Part shown: piece by piece, positions 20,464 to 28,889 of the stretch
How the letters are laid out: every line of letters begins with the position of its first letter
How positions within the stretch are numbered: position 1 is the stretch's first letter
From: an uncultured delta proteobacterium
Lineage (GTDB): Bacteria > Desulfobacterota > Desulfomonilia > UBA1062
Direction: 5' to 3'
Assembly: GCA_963752595.1 (NCBI GenBank)
Contig: CAVVYZ010000017.1
Coordinates: 256,001 to 320,000, forward strand
Length of the DNA: 64,000 nt
Notes under the pieces: generated by a model
The model's database searches: none
Told to the model about the DNA's origin: nothing
What the model saw: the letters and a program-made list of their open reading frames with translations, nothing else
Position numbers and translations under genes: made by a program

Positions 20464-23400
20464 ATGAATACCTATGAAATGCGCTGTGCCGGTTGCGGTA
20501 TGGCGATTGGTCGGGGGGATAGATTCTGCAGGTTCTGCGGCGTATCTCAGGCGAGCAGAGCGGGCACTCAGGAGCATCGCTACATTACCGCCCTGTATTC
20601 GGACTTGAACCGCTATACATCCCTTTCAGCTATCCTTGACCCTGAGGAATTGAAATCAATCATGGGTTCCATTTTCCAGGAGGCAACCCGCACCATAACT
20701 TCATTTGGCGGGGTTATCGAAAAATTCTCTGGTGATGCGGTTGTTGCCCTGTTCGGCGTTCATCTCATACACGAGGACGATATCGTCCGGGCTATCCGTT
20801 CAGCCATTACACTCCATGCGTTCGTTCAAAAAGAAATGGGGAATCGATCGGGAGAACAGTTCACGATGCATACAGGGATTCATACGGGAACCGCCCTCGT
20901 AGATCAGGAGACAGGCAATAACCTTTGTCTCGGCGCCATGGGCATGCCGATCAACATTGCTGCAAGGCTCTCAAGCATTGCCGCACCGGGAGAAATCCTC
21001 ATAGATGATTCCTCCCGGAATGAGGCCGAAAGATTTTTCCATACCGAGTTTGTCGGGAACAAAATTCTGAAAGGCATCAAAGAGCCGGTATCTGCCTATC
21101 GGGTTCATTCAATGAGGCGGATACCCTTGAGCATCCATCGGCCGGCCGGTATCCCTTCGCCCATGGTCGGCAGGGAAGAGCAGATGGCATTGCTCATGAA
21201 TGCACGGAACAATCTGCTGCGAGGGCGTGGAGCTTATATAGTGATTTCCGGAGAGGCAGGAGTGGGGAAGAGCAGGCTGATCCACGAGTTCTTCTGTTCT
21301 CTGCCGGATGAAGTCGCTTCATTCACTATTCAATGCCTCGATCATATGAAGGATACCCCATACTACCCGGTCATATCCATGATCAGGCAGATGGTCGGCA
21401 TGATGGGCGAAAATGGAATCGACCTTGACCGGATAATCGAAGAGCAGCTTACCAATCCGAGACATGCATTTCACATCAGAACCCTGCTGGGGAGCGTGCA
21501 GGAGTGTGAAGATCTCATGCCCGATATCTGGAAGACTGAGATTTTTGAAGCATTATCGGCTTTAATGCTTTCTTTTTCTCAAACCCGGCCGTTGGCTCTC
21601 TGCATCGAGGATATACACTGGGCAGATCCAACCACCAAAGATCTCCTGCACAACCTCATTCTTTCCGATGCCGGAGGCATTCAATGCCTGTTCGTCGTAA
21701 CGTCGAGGGAGGAGCATCGAATGCATGCTTCGGGAATAACCATACCTCTTAAAGAACTGTCCAGGGAGAATACCGGAAATTTGATCATGGATATGCTGGG
21801 AGGTCTGGGCATATCCAATGAAGCTGTCGATTCCTTGTATAGAAGGACAGGAGGAAACCCATTCTACATTGAGGAATATACCTCCTTTTTACGGGAAAAG
21901 GGCATATCGCTCCTCATGACAGTGGCTGGGGAAAACACCAGGGCAATACCTTCAACGATCCAAGGGCTTATTACAGCCAGACTGGACAACTTGGGAGCTT
22001 CCTGCAGGAATCTCTTACAGGCAGCCTCCATCATCGGGATGGTCTTTTCTCCCTCACTCCTTGAGGCGATATCTTCCAATGAACAGGAGATACCTGCATC
22101 ACTTGAAACCCTTGAGAAGGCTGGATTCATAATAAGCACCCGTTCGGATGAATACCGTTTCCGCCATGCCCTCACCAGGGAAGTTGTCTCCATGGCCCTG
22201 CTGAAGAGGAACAGAGGAGATCTCCACCGCAAGATAGGCCTTCATCTTGAGATGTCATCTAAGAGCAGGACGGAAAACTGCGGTATGATCGCATACCACT
22301 TATTCCATGCTCTGGAGCATGCAAGGGCATATCCCTACTGTATGCTCTCTGCAAGGACATATCAGGCAGAGGGTTCTTGGATCGAAGCATCGGCTCATTA
22401 CCGGATGGCCCAGCTTTGCCTGGAAAAATCTCAAGATTACCCGGATCGTGATGATCTGCTCATCAAGATAGGCGAAGGGATATGGTCCTGCTCAAGGATA
22501 TTCAATCCGGATCAGGCCATTTCTGCCCTGGAAAATCTTATTTGCCTGTATAGGAAAGCAGGGCATAAAAACCAGGAGATCTTCTCGCAGATCCGTTTGA
22601 TCAACCTCTATTCACAGAAGGGGTTATTCCAAAAGGCACTGGATGCCTTTGATGATGTGGTGTCCAAGGCTTATGGAAATGATTTTTTGATTGCTGCTGC
22701 CAAGACATCCGTTGCATACACCTATACCTACCTCGGGAAGCCTATGACAGCCCTCAAATACCTCGAGGAGGCACGGAACAGGCTCGACTCTTCAGACAGA
22801 TTTCTCCTTTCAGTCAACTATCTTACCGCGCTTGCCGCAAGCATATGGAGGGGAAGTATGACCGATGCCCTTGCCTGGTATTCCCGGATGAAAGAGCAGA
22901 GCTCTCCTTATATGGATCTCGACCTCATGGCCGAGGTATGGCATGGGTATATTCTTTTTCTCAAGGGCGATATCCTTGACGGGCAGAGGATATTCGATGA
23001 GGTCAGGGAAAAAGAAAAGAAACTGGGCTGCCTTGCGGGAGGATTTTCATATCTCCGTATCCAGAGTTCCATCTACCTGTATTCCCGATACTCGGGCTGT
23101 CTTGAAAAGGCCCAGGAAGAGCTTGAAAAACTGGAGGAATCAACAGTCCATGAGTCCTCTCCTTCTGCACTGCTCAGCCTCTACAGGGCATGGATCGGTA
23201 TTGAACAGGGACAGTACCAAATGGTAAGGGATTTAATCGAAAACGCACTGCCTCATCTCGAAGCAGGTATTGCCAACAGGGTGCCCTATGCCCTCAATGC
23301 ACTTGCAGAAGCACTTTTAAGTCTTGGGGATCTTACGAAAGCCTCTGAAATTGCGAGCAGAAGCATAGACTGGAATTGCGAAAATGGAAATATGGACCAG

Positions 23401-23682
23401 CTGATCTGGGCACGAAGAATCATGGGGTGTATTTATCTCCGCCAGGACAGGAAGGATGCTGCGGAGGATTCCTTATCGACAGCTTCCCGCCTTGCCTGGG
23501 AAATGAAAATGAAGCCTCATGTCGCCTGGACAGTCGGATCCTGGGGAGACCTCCATGCGTCAAGCGGAAAATGGAAAAAAGCCAAATCGTGCTATGCAAG
23601 AGCGATCACCCTGTGGAGGGGCATGGGGAATACTTATCAGGCTGAAAAAATCGAGGCGGTACTGACACGTCTGCCCACCTGA
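20464..23682 (+). CDS. Zinc ribbon - class III nucleotidyl cyclase - AAA/STAND NTPase - TPR protein
   Basis: CAGC..CRFC; YSD, EKFSGD, NIAAR; Walker A GEAGVGKS; Walker B IEDIHWAD; TGGNPFY; FRHAL; helical C-terminal repeats; SD GAGG before ATG 20464. Confidence 0.9.
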   Translation: MNTYEMRCAGCGMAIGRGDRFCRFCGVSQASRAGTQEHRYITALYSDLNRYTSLSAILDPEELKSIMGSIFQEATRTITSFGGVIEKFSGDAVVALFGVHLIHEDDIVRAIRSAITLHAFVQKEMGNRSGEQFTMHTGIHTGTALVDQETGNNLCLGAMGMPINIAARLSSIAAPGEILIDDSSRNEAERFFHTEFVGNKILKGIKEPVSAYRVHSMRRIPLSIHRPAGIPSPMVGREEQMALLMNARNNLLRGRGAYIVISGEAGVGKSRLIHEFFCSLPDEVASFTIQCLDHMKDTPYYPVISMIRQMVGMMGENGIDLDRIIEEQLTNPRHAFHIRTLLGSVQECEDLMPDIWKTEIFEALSALMLSFSQTRPLALCIEDIHWADPTTKDLLHNLILSDAGGIQCLFVVTSREEHRMHASGITIPLKELSRENTGNLIMDMLGGLGISNEAVDSLYRRTGGNPFYIEEYTSFLREKGISLLMTVAGENTRAIPSTIQGLITARLDNLGASCRNLLQAASIIGMVFSPSLLEAISSNEQEIPASLETLEKAGFIISTRSDEYRFRHALTREVVSMALLKRNRGDLHRKIGLHLEMSSKSRTENCGMIAYHLFHALEHARAYPYCMLSARTYQAEGSWIEASAHYRMAQLCLEKSQDYPDRDDLLIKIGEGIWSCSRIFNPDQAISALENLICLYRKAGHKNQEIFSQIRLINLYSQKGLFQKALDAFDDVVSKAYGNDFLIAAAKTSVAYTYTYLGKPMTALKYLEEARNRLDSSDRFLLSVNYLTALAASIWRGSMTDALAWYSRMKEQSSPYMDLDLMAEVWHGYILFLKGDILDGQRIFDEVREKEKKLGCLAGGFSYLRIQSSIYLYSRYSGCLEKAQEELEKLEESTVHESSPSALLSLYRAWIGIEQGQYQMVRDLIENALPHLEAGIANRVPYALNALAEALLSLGDLTKASEIASRSIDWNCENGNMDQLIWARRIMGCIYLRQDRKDAAEDSLSTASRLAWEMKMKPHVAWTVGSWGDLHASSGKWKKAKSCYARAITLWRGMGNTYQAEKIEAVLTRLPT

Positions 23683-23954
23683 TATATCAGGTGGAAATCT
23701 GCCTTTATCTTTCGAAAATACCGTCAGGATATTTTTATCTCTCATGTTTTCAATGATCGAATCGATACGGATTATATAAAGGCAGGAGAATTGCCGGTAC
23801 GGTTCTTTGACAATTGAGCGGGGCATGCCATGTGTATTCTTTGTCCCAGAGAATAGACATGGGTAAAAGAGTAACTACAAGCAGACGGAACGTCGAAAGA
23901 AATCAAAACGGGGGTATGGGCAAAGGCCGTCACAAGATTGCTCATATTCTCATT

Positions 23955-24032
23955 CACAAGCCAAACCACAGGTAACTGTGGGACGGAAAGCCTAGGGTCC
24001 GTACCGATCAATGGGCGGACAGCCGGGTTGCC
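23955..24032 (+). ncRNA. c-di-GMP-I (GEMM-I) riboswitch aptamer 1
   Basis: G-CC-AAA-CCACAG-GTAA-CTGTGG-GAC-GG-AAAGCC-TAGGGTCC...GGACAGCCGGGTTGCC: GNRA-capped P2, AAAG junction, P3 with conserved 3' strand. Confidence 0.85.
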
Positions 24033-24120
24033 TCCTTCACTGCCACACCATGGGTAACCATGGGCCGGAAAGCCAAGGGTCCGAAAAGAGTGCTCGGACA
24101 GCCGGGTTGCCTGAGAAGGA
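24033..24120 (+). ncRNA. c-di-GMP-I (GEMM-I) riboswitch aptamer 2
   Basis: G-CC-ACA-CCATGG-GTAA-CCATGG-GCC-GG-AAAGCC-AAGGGTCC...GGACAGCCGGGTTGCC, P1 TCCTTCA/TGAGAAGGA. Confidence 0.85.
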
Positions 24121-24135
24121 TTCACCAGCACAGTC

Positions 24136-24215
24136 ACTCTAGCCACACCATGGGTAACCATGGGCCGGAAAGCCGCGGGTCCACCCTGAAAGTGGACAGC
24201 CGGGTTGCCTGGAGA
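24136..24215 (+). ncRNA. c-di-GMP-I (GEMM-I) riboswitch aptamer 3
   Basis: 33 nt identical to aptamer 2 (24142-24174 = 24042-24074), then GCGGGTCC...GGACAGCCGGGTTGCC, P1 CTCTA/TGGAG; ends about 20 nt before the start codon. Confidence 0.85.
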
Positions 24216-24236
24216 ACTTATCAGAAAGGAGTTCCA

Positions 24237-24734
24237 ATGAAGAAAACAAGCCTATTTGCTGCTCTCTATATGATCGGACTGCTTTTGTTACCGCAGGCAG
24301 GATCAGCCAAAATGGTGGCTCTGTCAGACAACACCTTGAGCGAAGTCGTCGGTCAGGCGGGGATTGCGAATGATGCAATCCACGCGGCATTCGACTCGCA
24401 TTTTGACAATGTATCGACGATGAACGGGATTTTGAATCTGAGCGATGTAACGATCAGGGGTTCTGTAGACATTAGGGATGTAAACGCGATGAATATAACC
24501 ATGGTCAATCAATTGACGAATCCCGGTCTTTCGAGTCTTCCCTGTTTCGGGATGATGGGACTTGGGTCAATGGGCCTCGGAACCCACGTTATCGATATGG
24601 CCACCAACATCGACCAGTTTTCTATCGGCGCCATCCGCATAGGGAGAGATACGACTAGTCCCAGCCTCGGCAGTATCGACATATTGGATATGCACGTAGA
24701 TATCAAAGGGACAGTATCAATTACGGCGCGCTAG
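24237..24734 (+). CDS. Secreted DUF6160/FilA-like protein (165 aa)
   Basis: SD AAGGAG; signal peptide; MVALSDNTLSEVVGQAGI motif; C-terminal SLGSIDILDMHVDIKGTVSITAR. The longer ORF from 24060 runs through the aptamers. Confidence 0.65.
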   Translation: MKKTSLFAALYMIGLLLLPQAGSAKMVALSDNTLSEVVGQAGIANDAIHAAFDSHFDNVSTMNGILNLSDVTIRGSVDIRDVNAMNITMVNQLTNPGLSSLPCFGMMGLGSMGLGTHVIDMATNIDQFSIGAIRIGRDTTSPSLGSIDILDMHVDIKGTVSITAR

Positions 24735-24817
24735 AAGCTTCGTGTTGCTCTTTTACCTGCCTCTTTTGAATTACGGATGAGCGGCAGCCTTCCAAAGAGA
24801 GGCAGGTTCTTTATGAG

Positions 24818-25618
24818 TTATTGGCGGATAAGGCGGTATTTCCTGATATCACAGGGATCGACCTCGTACGAGCACCGTACGGGATTGATGTCGATCCCTC
24901 CCCGCCTCGTGTAGAAGCATCCGACCAGCAGCTCTTCCGGTGTGCCCCGGGAGAGAAAGTCCAGAAATATCTTTTCGCAGCACTCCTCTGCGAATCCCTC
25001 ATGATCCCGGTATGAGCAGAGGTATTTGAGGAGTGCCGGATGATCGACCTTCCTCCCTCGATACTCGATGAAAACACTGGCCCAGTCAGGCTGGCGGGTG
25101 ATGGGGCAGTAAGATTTAAACAGATGGGAGGAAAGGATCTCGTGTCCTGTTTCTTCTTGTACGGCAAGGAGATTTGGGTCGACTCCATGGGAGCGGATAT
25201 CGACGTCGAGATCATCTATGCAAACCCCCGGGAAGGTGTTTTCCCAGGGAATATTCTCGCCCCCTCCAGCCTTACGGATGGAAACGTCTATCCAGGGTGT
25301 AGATAGGATTTTCTCGAGATCCCGATCGATTACGGATCCGATCTCCTCCGTGGTAGAGAAAGACGTGTTTGAAAGGCTTCCCAGGTAGAGTTTCAGTGAT
25401 TTCGATTCAACGATATTCATGCTCCGGACTGGATAGACGATCTCTATGATCCCAACCTCGGGCTTGCCTCTGTGATTGAGCCAGGAGAGCTCATAGCACC
25501 TCCAGAGATCGAACCCGTGGAGAACCTCCTTACTTCGAATCCTGGGGATGGCATAGAGAATTGAAGGATCATATGAACGGGGAGCGGCAACTTTTTTACC
25601 CAGGAGGATATCATTCAT
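24818..25618 (-). CDS. queF: NADPH-dependent preQ0 reductase, bimodular type
   Basis: YELSWLN, ESKSLKLY QueF motif, CPITRQPDW, YTRRGGIDINP. Confidence 0.93.
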   Translation of the reverse strand: MNDILLGKKVAAPRSYDPSILYAIPRIRSKEVLHGFDLWRCYELSWLNHRGKPEVGIIEIVYPVRSMNIVESKSLKLYLGSLSNTSFSTTEEIGSVIDRDLEKILSTPWIDVSIRKAGGGENIPWENTFPGVCIDDLDVDIRSHGVDPNLLAVQEETGHEILSSHLFKSYCPITRQPDWASVFIEYRGRKVDHPALLKYLCSYRDHEGFAEECCEKIFLDFLSRGTPEELLVGCFYTRRGGIDINPVRCSYEVDPCDIRKYRLIRQ

Positions 25619-26274
25619 TTTTCATACTCCGTGGGATCGAGGTCCTGCTCAAAGCCGAGAGCCACCTTTCTTTCGAGACAGGTGGCACATTTTCCGCAGT
25701 GAAGTTCCTGTCCCTTGTAACAGGAGAAGGTCATTCGAAAATCGAAATCCAGGCTTCTGCCAAGCTCGGCTATGCGTTTTTTATCATAGGATGCAAACGG
25801 GGCGAGGATAGACACCCCGGTGAACGTTCCTTCCTGTGCAGCCTTTGACATGGCCTCGGTAAAACCAGGTCTGCAGTCCGGATAAATGGGGTGGTCCCCG
25901 CTGTGGGAGGCGATGAGCACGATGGATATCTCAAGGTTCTCGGCGTATCCTGCCGCGATGGAGAGCATGATCCCGTTTCGGAAGGGTACAACGGTGGATG
26001 AGATATTGTCTTCTGCATACGGACCTTCGGGGATCTCTTCCCCTGATGCAAGGAGTGATGACGAGAAGAGCTCGTTGATGAAGGGAAGTTCTATCTTCTT
26101 CAACTCTGCACCGTAGTAACGGGCAAGCTCCTCTGTCTTTCTGTATTCCCTGGCAGCGTGCTTTGACCCGTAATTGAAATAGAGGCCGTGGATCCGCTCA
26201 TACCTGTCCCTTGACCATGCGAGCAGAACACCTGAATCCATGCCTCCTGAGAGAAGGATTACTGCATCGCCCAT
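25615..26274 (-). CDS. queC: 7-cyano-7-deazaguanine synthase
   Basis: LSGGMDS, VPFRNGIM, YPDCR, SCY..HCGKCATC. Confidence 0.95.
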   Translation of the reverse strand: MGDAVILLSGGMDSGVLLAWSRDRYERIHGLYFNYGSKHAAREYRKTEELARYYGAELKKIELPFINELFSSSLLASGEEIPEGPYAEDNISSTVVPFRNGIMLSIAAGYAENLEISIVLIASHSGDHPIYPDCRPGFTEAMSKAAQEGTFTGVSILAPFASYDKKRIAELGRSLDFDFRMTFSCYKGQELHCGKCATCLERKVALGFEQDLDPTEYEK

Positions 26275-27017
26275 CAGACTCCCCTCCTTGCATCAAAGGC
26301 CAGGACATGGAGCCGCGGCGACATCCGGTACCCTTTCCGGAGGCAGTAACCGAACACCGCCTCCATATTCCTGAGCTGGTCTTCCCTGGTTGCACCCAGC
26401 GGCATGACGAATACCTTTTCTCTGTCGATCCGGTTTGTCTCGATGAATCCTTCGATTGCCTCCTGCCAGCCCGAGTCTCCGGCCAGGAATTTATAATAGT
26501 CGGCGCTGCTGAGATTATCCGGGTCAAAATGCCAGATCCCATCTAGGTACTTCGGGCTGCAGACGATGACTGCATCCTTGACGGAAGGAATCTTCACCTT
26601 GCCGCTCGTTTCATACTGCAACGCAAAGCCCTGCTGCAACAGTCCGGCATGGAGGTCTGAGAGACCGCTTTCCCACTGAAGAAAAGGCTCGCCTCCGGTT
26701 ATGACTGCACGGAGGCAAGGGTAGGGCTGTAAGGTGAGGAGGATATCATCAATACCCATTTCGCCGGCCTGGGTCAGTGCATACCTGGTATCGCACCAGG
26801 GACAATACGGCTCGATGCATCCCGATAAACGGATGAATACTGCAGGGAGGCCTATCCATGGCCCTTCTCCCTGGAGGGAAGAGAAAATTTCCGAGACCTG
26901 CAGGGAAGTTTTTCTGGCATTTCCTATAGTGTTCTTCACAGGTTCCATCTGTCCTTTCCAAGACATATGAGGGATAATTTTTATCGCGGGATACCTCTCG
27001 TCCGCTTTTTTGCTCAT
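26274..27017 (-). CDS. queE: 7-carboxy-7-deazaguanine synthase (radical SAM)
   Basis: EIFSSLQGEG, CIEPYCPWCDT, ITGGEP, ETSG, SPK, PRLH; start uncertain. Confidence 0.9.
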   Translation of the reverse strand: MSKKADERYPAIKIIPHMSWKGQMEPVKNTIGNARKTSLQVSEIFSSLQGEGPWIGLPAVFIRLSGCIEPYCPWCDTRYALTQAGEMGIDDILLTLQPYPCLRAVITGGEPFLQWESGLSDLHAGLLQQGFALQYETSGKVKIPSVKDAVIVCSPKYLDGIWHFDPDNLSSADYYKFLAGDSGWQEAIEGFIETNRIDREKVFVMPLGATREDQLRNMEAVFGYCLRKGYRMSPRLHVLAFDARRGV

Positions 27018-27146
27018 TATACTCTATAAGAGAAATCGTCAAGGGTAAGTGAAGTTTCGCATTCTGTGGCAGATAAGGCCTTTGCTTTATCAAAGATTTC
27101 TGTTAAGAGTTTATCGTAATAATACTATCATACATAGGGAGATGGT

Positions 27147-27827
27147 ATGAAGATAATCGAACAAGCGATTCGGCGCGGAGAAAAGACATTAAGCGAATAT
27201 GATTCCAAGAAAGTTCTGGAGGCATACTCCATCCCGGTCACCAAGGAGTTCATTGCCAAGAATATCACAGAGGCAAAGAAATATGCCCAGGAAATAGGGT
27301 ATCCTGTTGTGCTCAAAGGTCACTCCAGCACATTGACACATAAAACAGAGCTCAACATGATCGAGCTCAACCTCAAGGATGAGAAGGCCGTGGAAGAGGC
27401 GTATAAGGGCCTCGAGGAGAGGGGAAAGGGTCAGCTGGAAGGCGTCCTCGTACAGCAGATGATCAAGGGAGAGCGCGAGTTCGTGGCGGGCCTGATTCGC
27501 GATCCCCAGTTCGGCCCATGCGTCATGTTCGGCCTCGGCGGCATCTTTACCGAGGTTCTCAAGGACGTCACGTTCAGAGTCGCGCCTTTGGAGAAGAGGG
27601 ATGCCCTGGAGATGATGAACGAGATCAAGGCGAAAAAGCTCCTGGACAATTTCAGGGGCAAGCCTGCGGTGAACCGGGACATCCTGGCCAACGCGCTCAT
27701 CAACCTGGGAAGGATCGGTCTGGAGATACCCGAGATTGCCGAGATCGACATCAACCCGATGATTATTTTCAATGATACTCCCGTTGCGGTTGACGCACTC
27801 GTAGTGCTGAAGGACCAGAAGAAATAA
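27147..27827 (+). CDS. ADP-forming acetate/acyl-CoA ligase, stand-alone ATP-grasp (beta) subunit
   Basis: GYPVVLK, HKTE, RDPQFGPCVMFGLGGIFTE, EIDINP. Confidence 0.88.
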   Translation: MKIIEQAIRRGEKTLSEYDSKKVLEAYSIPVTKEFIAKNITEAKKYAQEIGYPVVLKGHSSTLTHKTELNMIELNLKDEKAVEEAYKGLEERGKGQLEGVLVQQMIKGEREFVAGLIRDPQFGPCVMFGLGGIFTEVLKDVTFRVAPLEKRDALEMMNEIKAKKLLDNFRGKPAVNRDILANALINLGRIGLEIPEIAEIDINPMIIFNDTPVAVDALVVLKDQKK

Positions 27828-27835
27828 CAAGCTCC

Positions 27836-28789
27836 ATGCACCACCTGCCGAAAGACGCGCTCATCATGGCGCCCATGGTCGATTTGAGCCATGTGGCGTA
27901 CCGGCAGCTCATTCGTTCGATCGGCGGGTGCGATCTCTTCTATTCCGAGATGCTCAACTCCCGGATCGTGCCCGCTGAAAGCCCGGAAACCTCCATCTAC
28001 CTGAAGTGGGCGGTCAAAGACGACCTCATCTTGCAGATCCTCGGGAACGAACCGGAAAAAATGGAGGAGGCGGCCTCCAAGCTCGACGGCTACGATCCAT
28101 GGGGCATCGACATCAATATGGGGTGCTGGCTGAACAAGGTTACGGTCCACGGCTGGGGGGCTGCACTCATGAAGGATATGGAGGCTGCCCGCACAGTCCT
28201 GGCTGCTGTCCGCAGGGCAGTGAAAAGCAGGCCCGTATCCGTGAAGATGCGGATCGGATATACCCCTGACAAAGGATATCTGCTGGACTTTGCCTCCATG
28301 ATCCAGGAGGGCGGAGCCGATTTTATCGTGCTCCACGCCCGGACCGTGCCTGAAGGGATGAACCGAAAGGCGAGATGGGACTATATCGGAGCAGTCAAGG
28401 ATCACCTCTCGATACCGGTGGTGGGAAATGGTGATATCAGGACACCCCGGGATGCCGTCTCCATGGTGCGGCAGACTGGATGCGACGGGGTAATGATCGG
28501 CAGGCAGGCAGTGATACGGCCCTGGATCTTCCGGGATGTTAAGGCCCTTGCAGCAGGTGGTCCCATCGAGGATCCGCCCGATCTCAAAAATGTCATGCTC
28601 AAGCTCCTCGATCTCCTCATGGAGTATTTCCCTCCCGACGTAGCCCTGAAGAGATTCAAGACAGCCGTATTCTGGCTGGGCGAGAATCTCACGTTCGGTC
28701 ACTATCTCAGCAAGCAAGTAGGAAGAGCCCGCGATACGGTACAAGCCCGTGAGGTCATAACAGCCTGTTTTGAAAAAGGTATCTCTTGA
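27836..28789 (+). CDS. tRNA-dihydrouridine synthase family protein
   Basis: APMV, IDINMGC, GAALM, VKMRIG, LHART, GNGDI, VMIGR. Confidence 0.9.
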   Translation: MHHLPKDALIMAPMVDLSHVAYRQLIRSIGGCDLFYSEMLNSRIVPAESPETSIYLKWAVKDDLILQILGNEPEKMEEAASKLDGYDPWGIDINMGCWLNKVTVHGWGAALMKDMEAARTVLAAVRRAVKSRPVSVKMRIGYTPDKGYLLDFASMIQEGGADFIVLHARTVPEGMNRKARWDYIGAVKDHLSIPVVGNGDIRTPRDAVSMVRQTGCDGVMIGRQAVIRPWIFRDVKALAAGGPIEDPPDLKNVMLKLLDLLMEYFPPDVALKRFKTAVFWLGENLTFGHYLSKQVGRARDTVQAREVITACFEKGIS

Positions 28790-28889
28790 ATCGCCTTGCG
28801 CTTTTCCTTGTGAGCCGGTATTATATCGTTAGATTGGATTATTTTCATCACATGAGCAAATTCAGTACATTCACGGCAAGGAGAGGGAA

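Noticed and set aside
20464-23682. Cyclase-NTPase-TPR protein as an anti-phage system (Avs or Pycsar)
   Set aside because: The architecture is a widespread signalling family, and no cNMP-binding effector or other defence gene is adjacent.
23955-24215. Repeats as a mini CRISPR array
   Set aside because: Each unit has two conserved blocks forming the GEMM-I fold, the variable parts are hairpin loops, and no cas genes are present.
24060-24236. N-terminal extension of the 224-aa ORF
   Set aside because: It runs through the aptamers; SD and signal peptide point to ATG 24237.
27431-28744. Long antisense ORFs (also 1726-2940, 61172-62533, 15747-16691)
   Set aside because: Shadows of well-supported genes on the opposite strand with no recognisable motifs.
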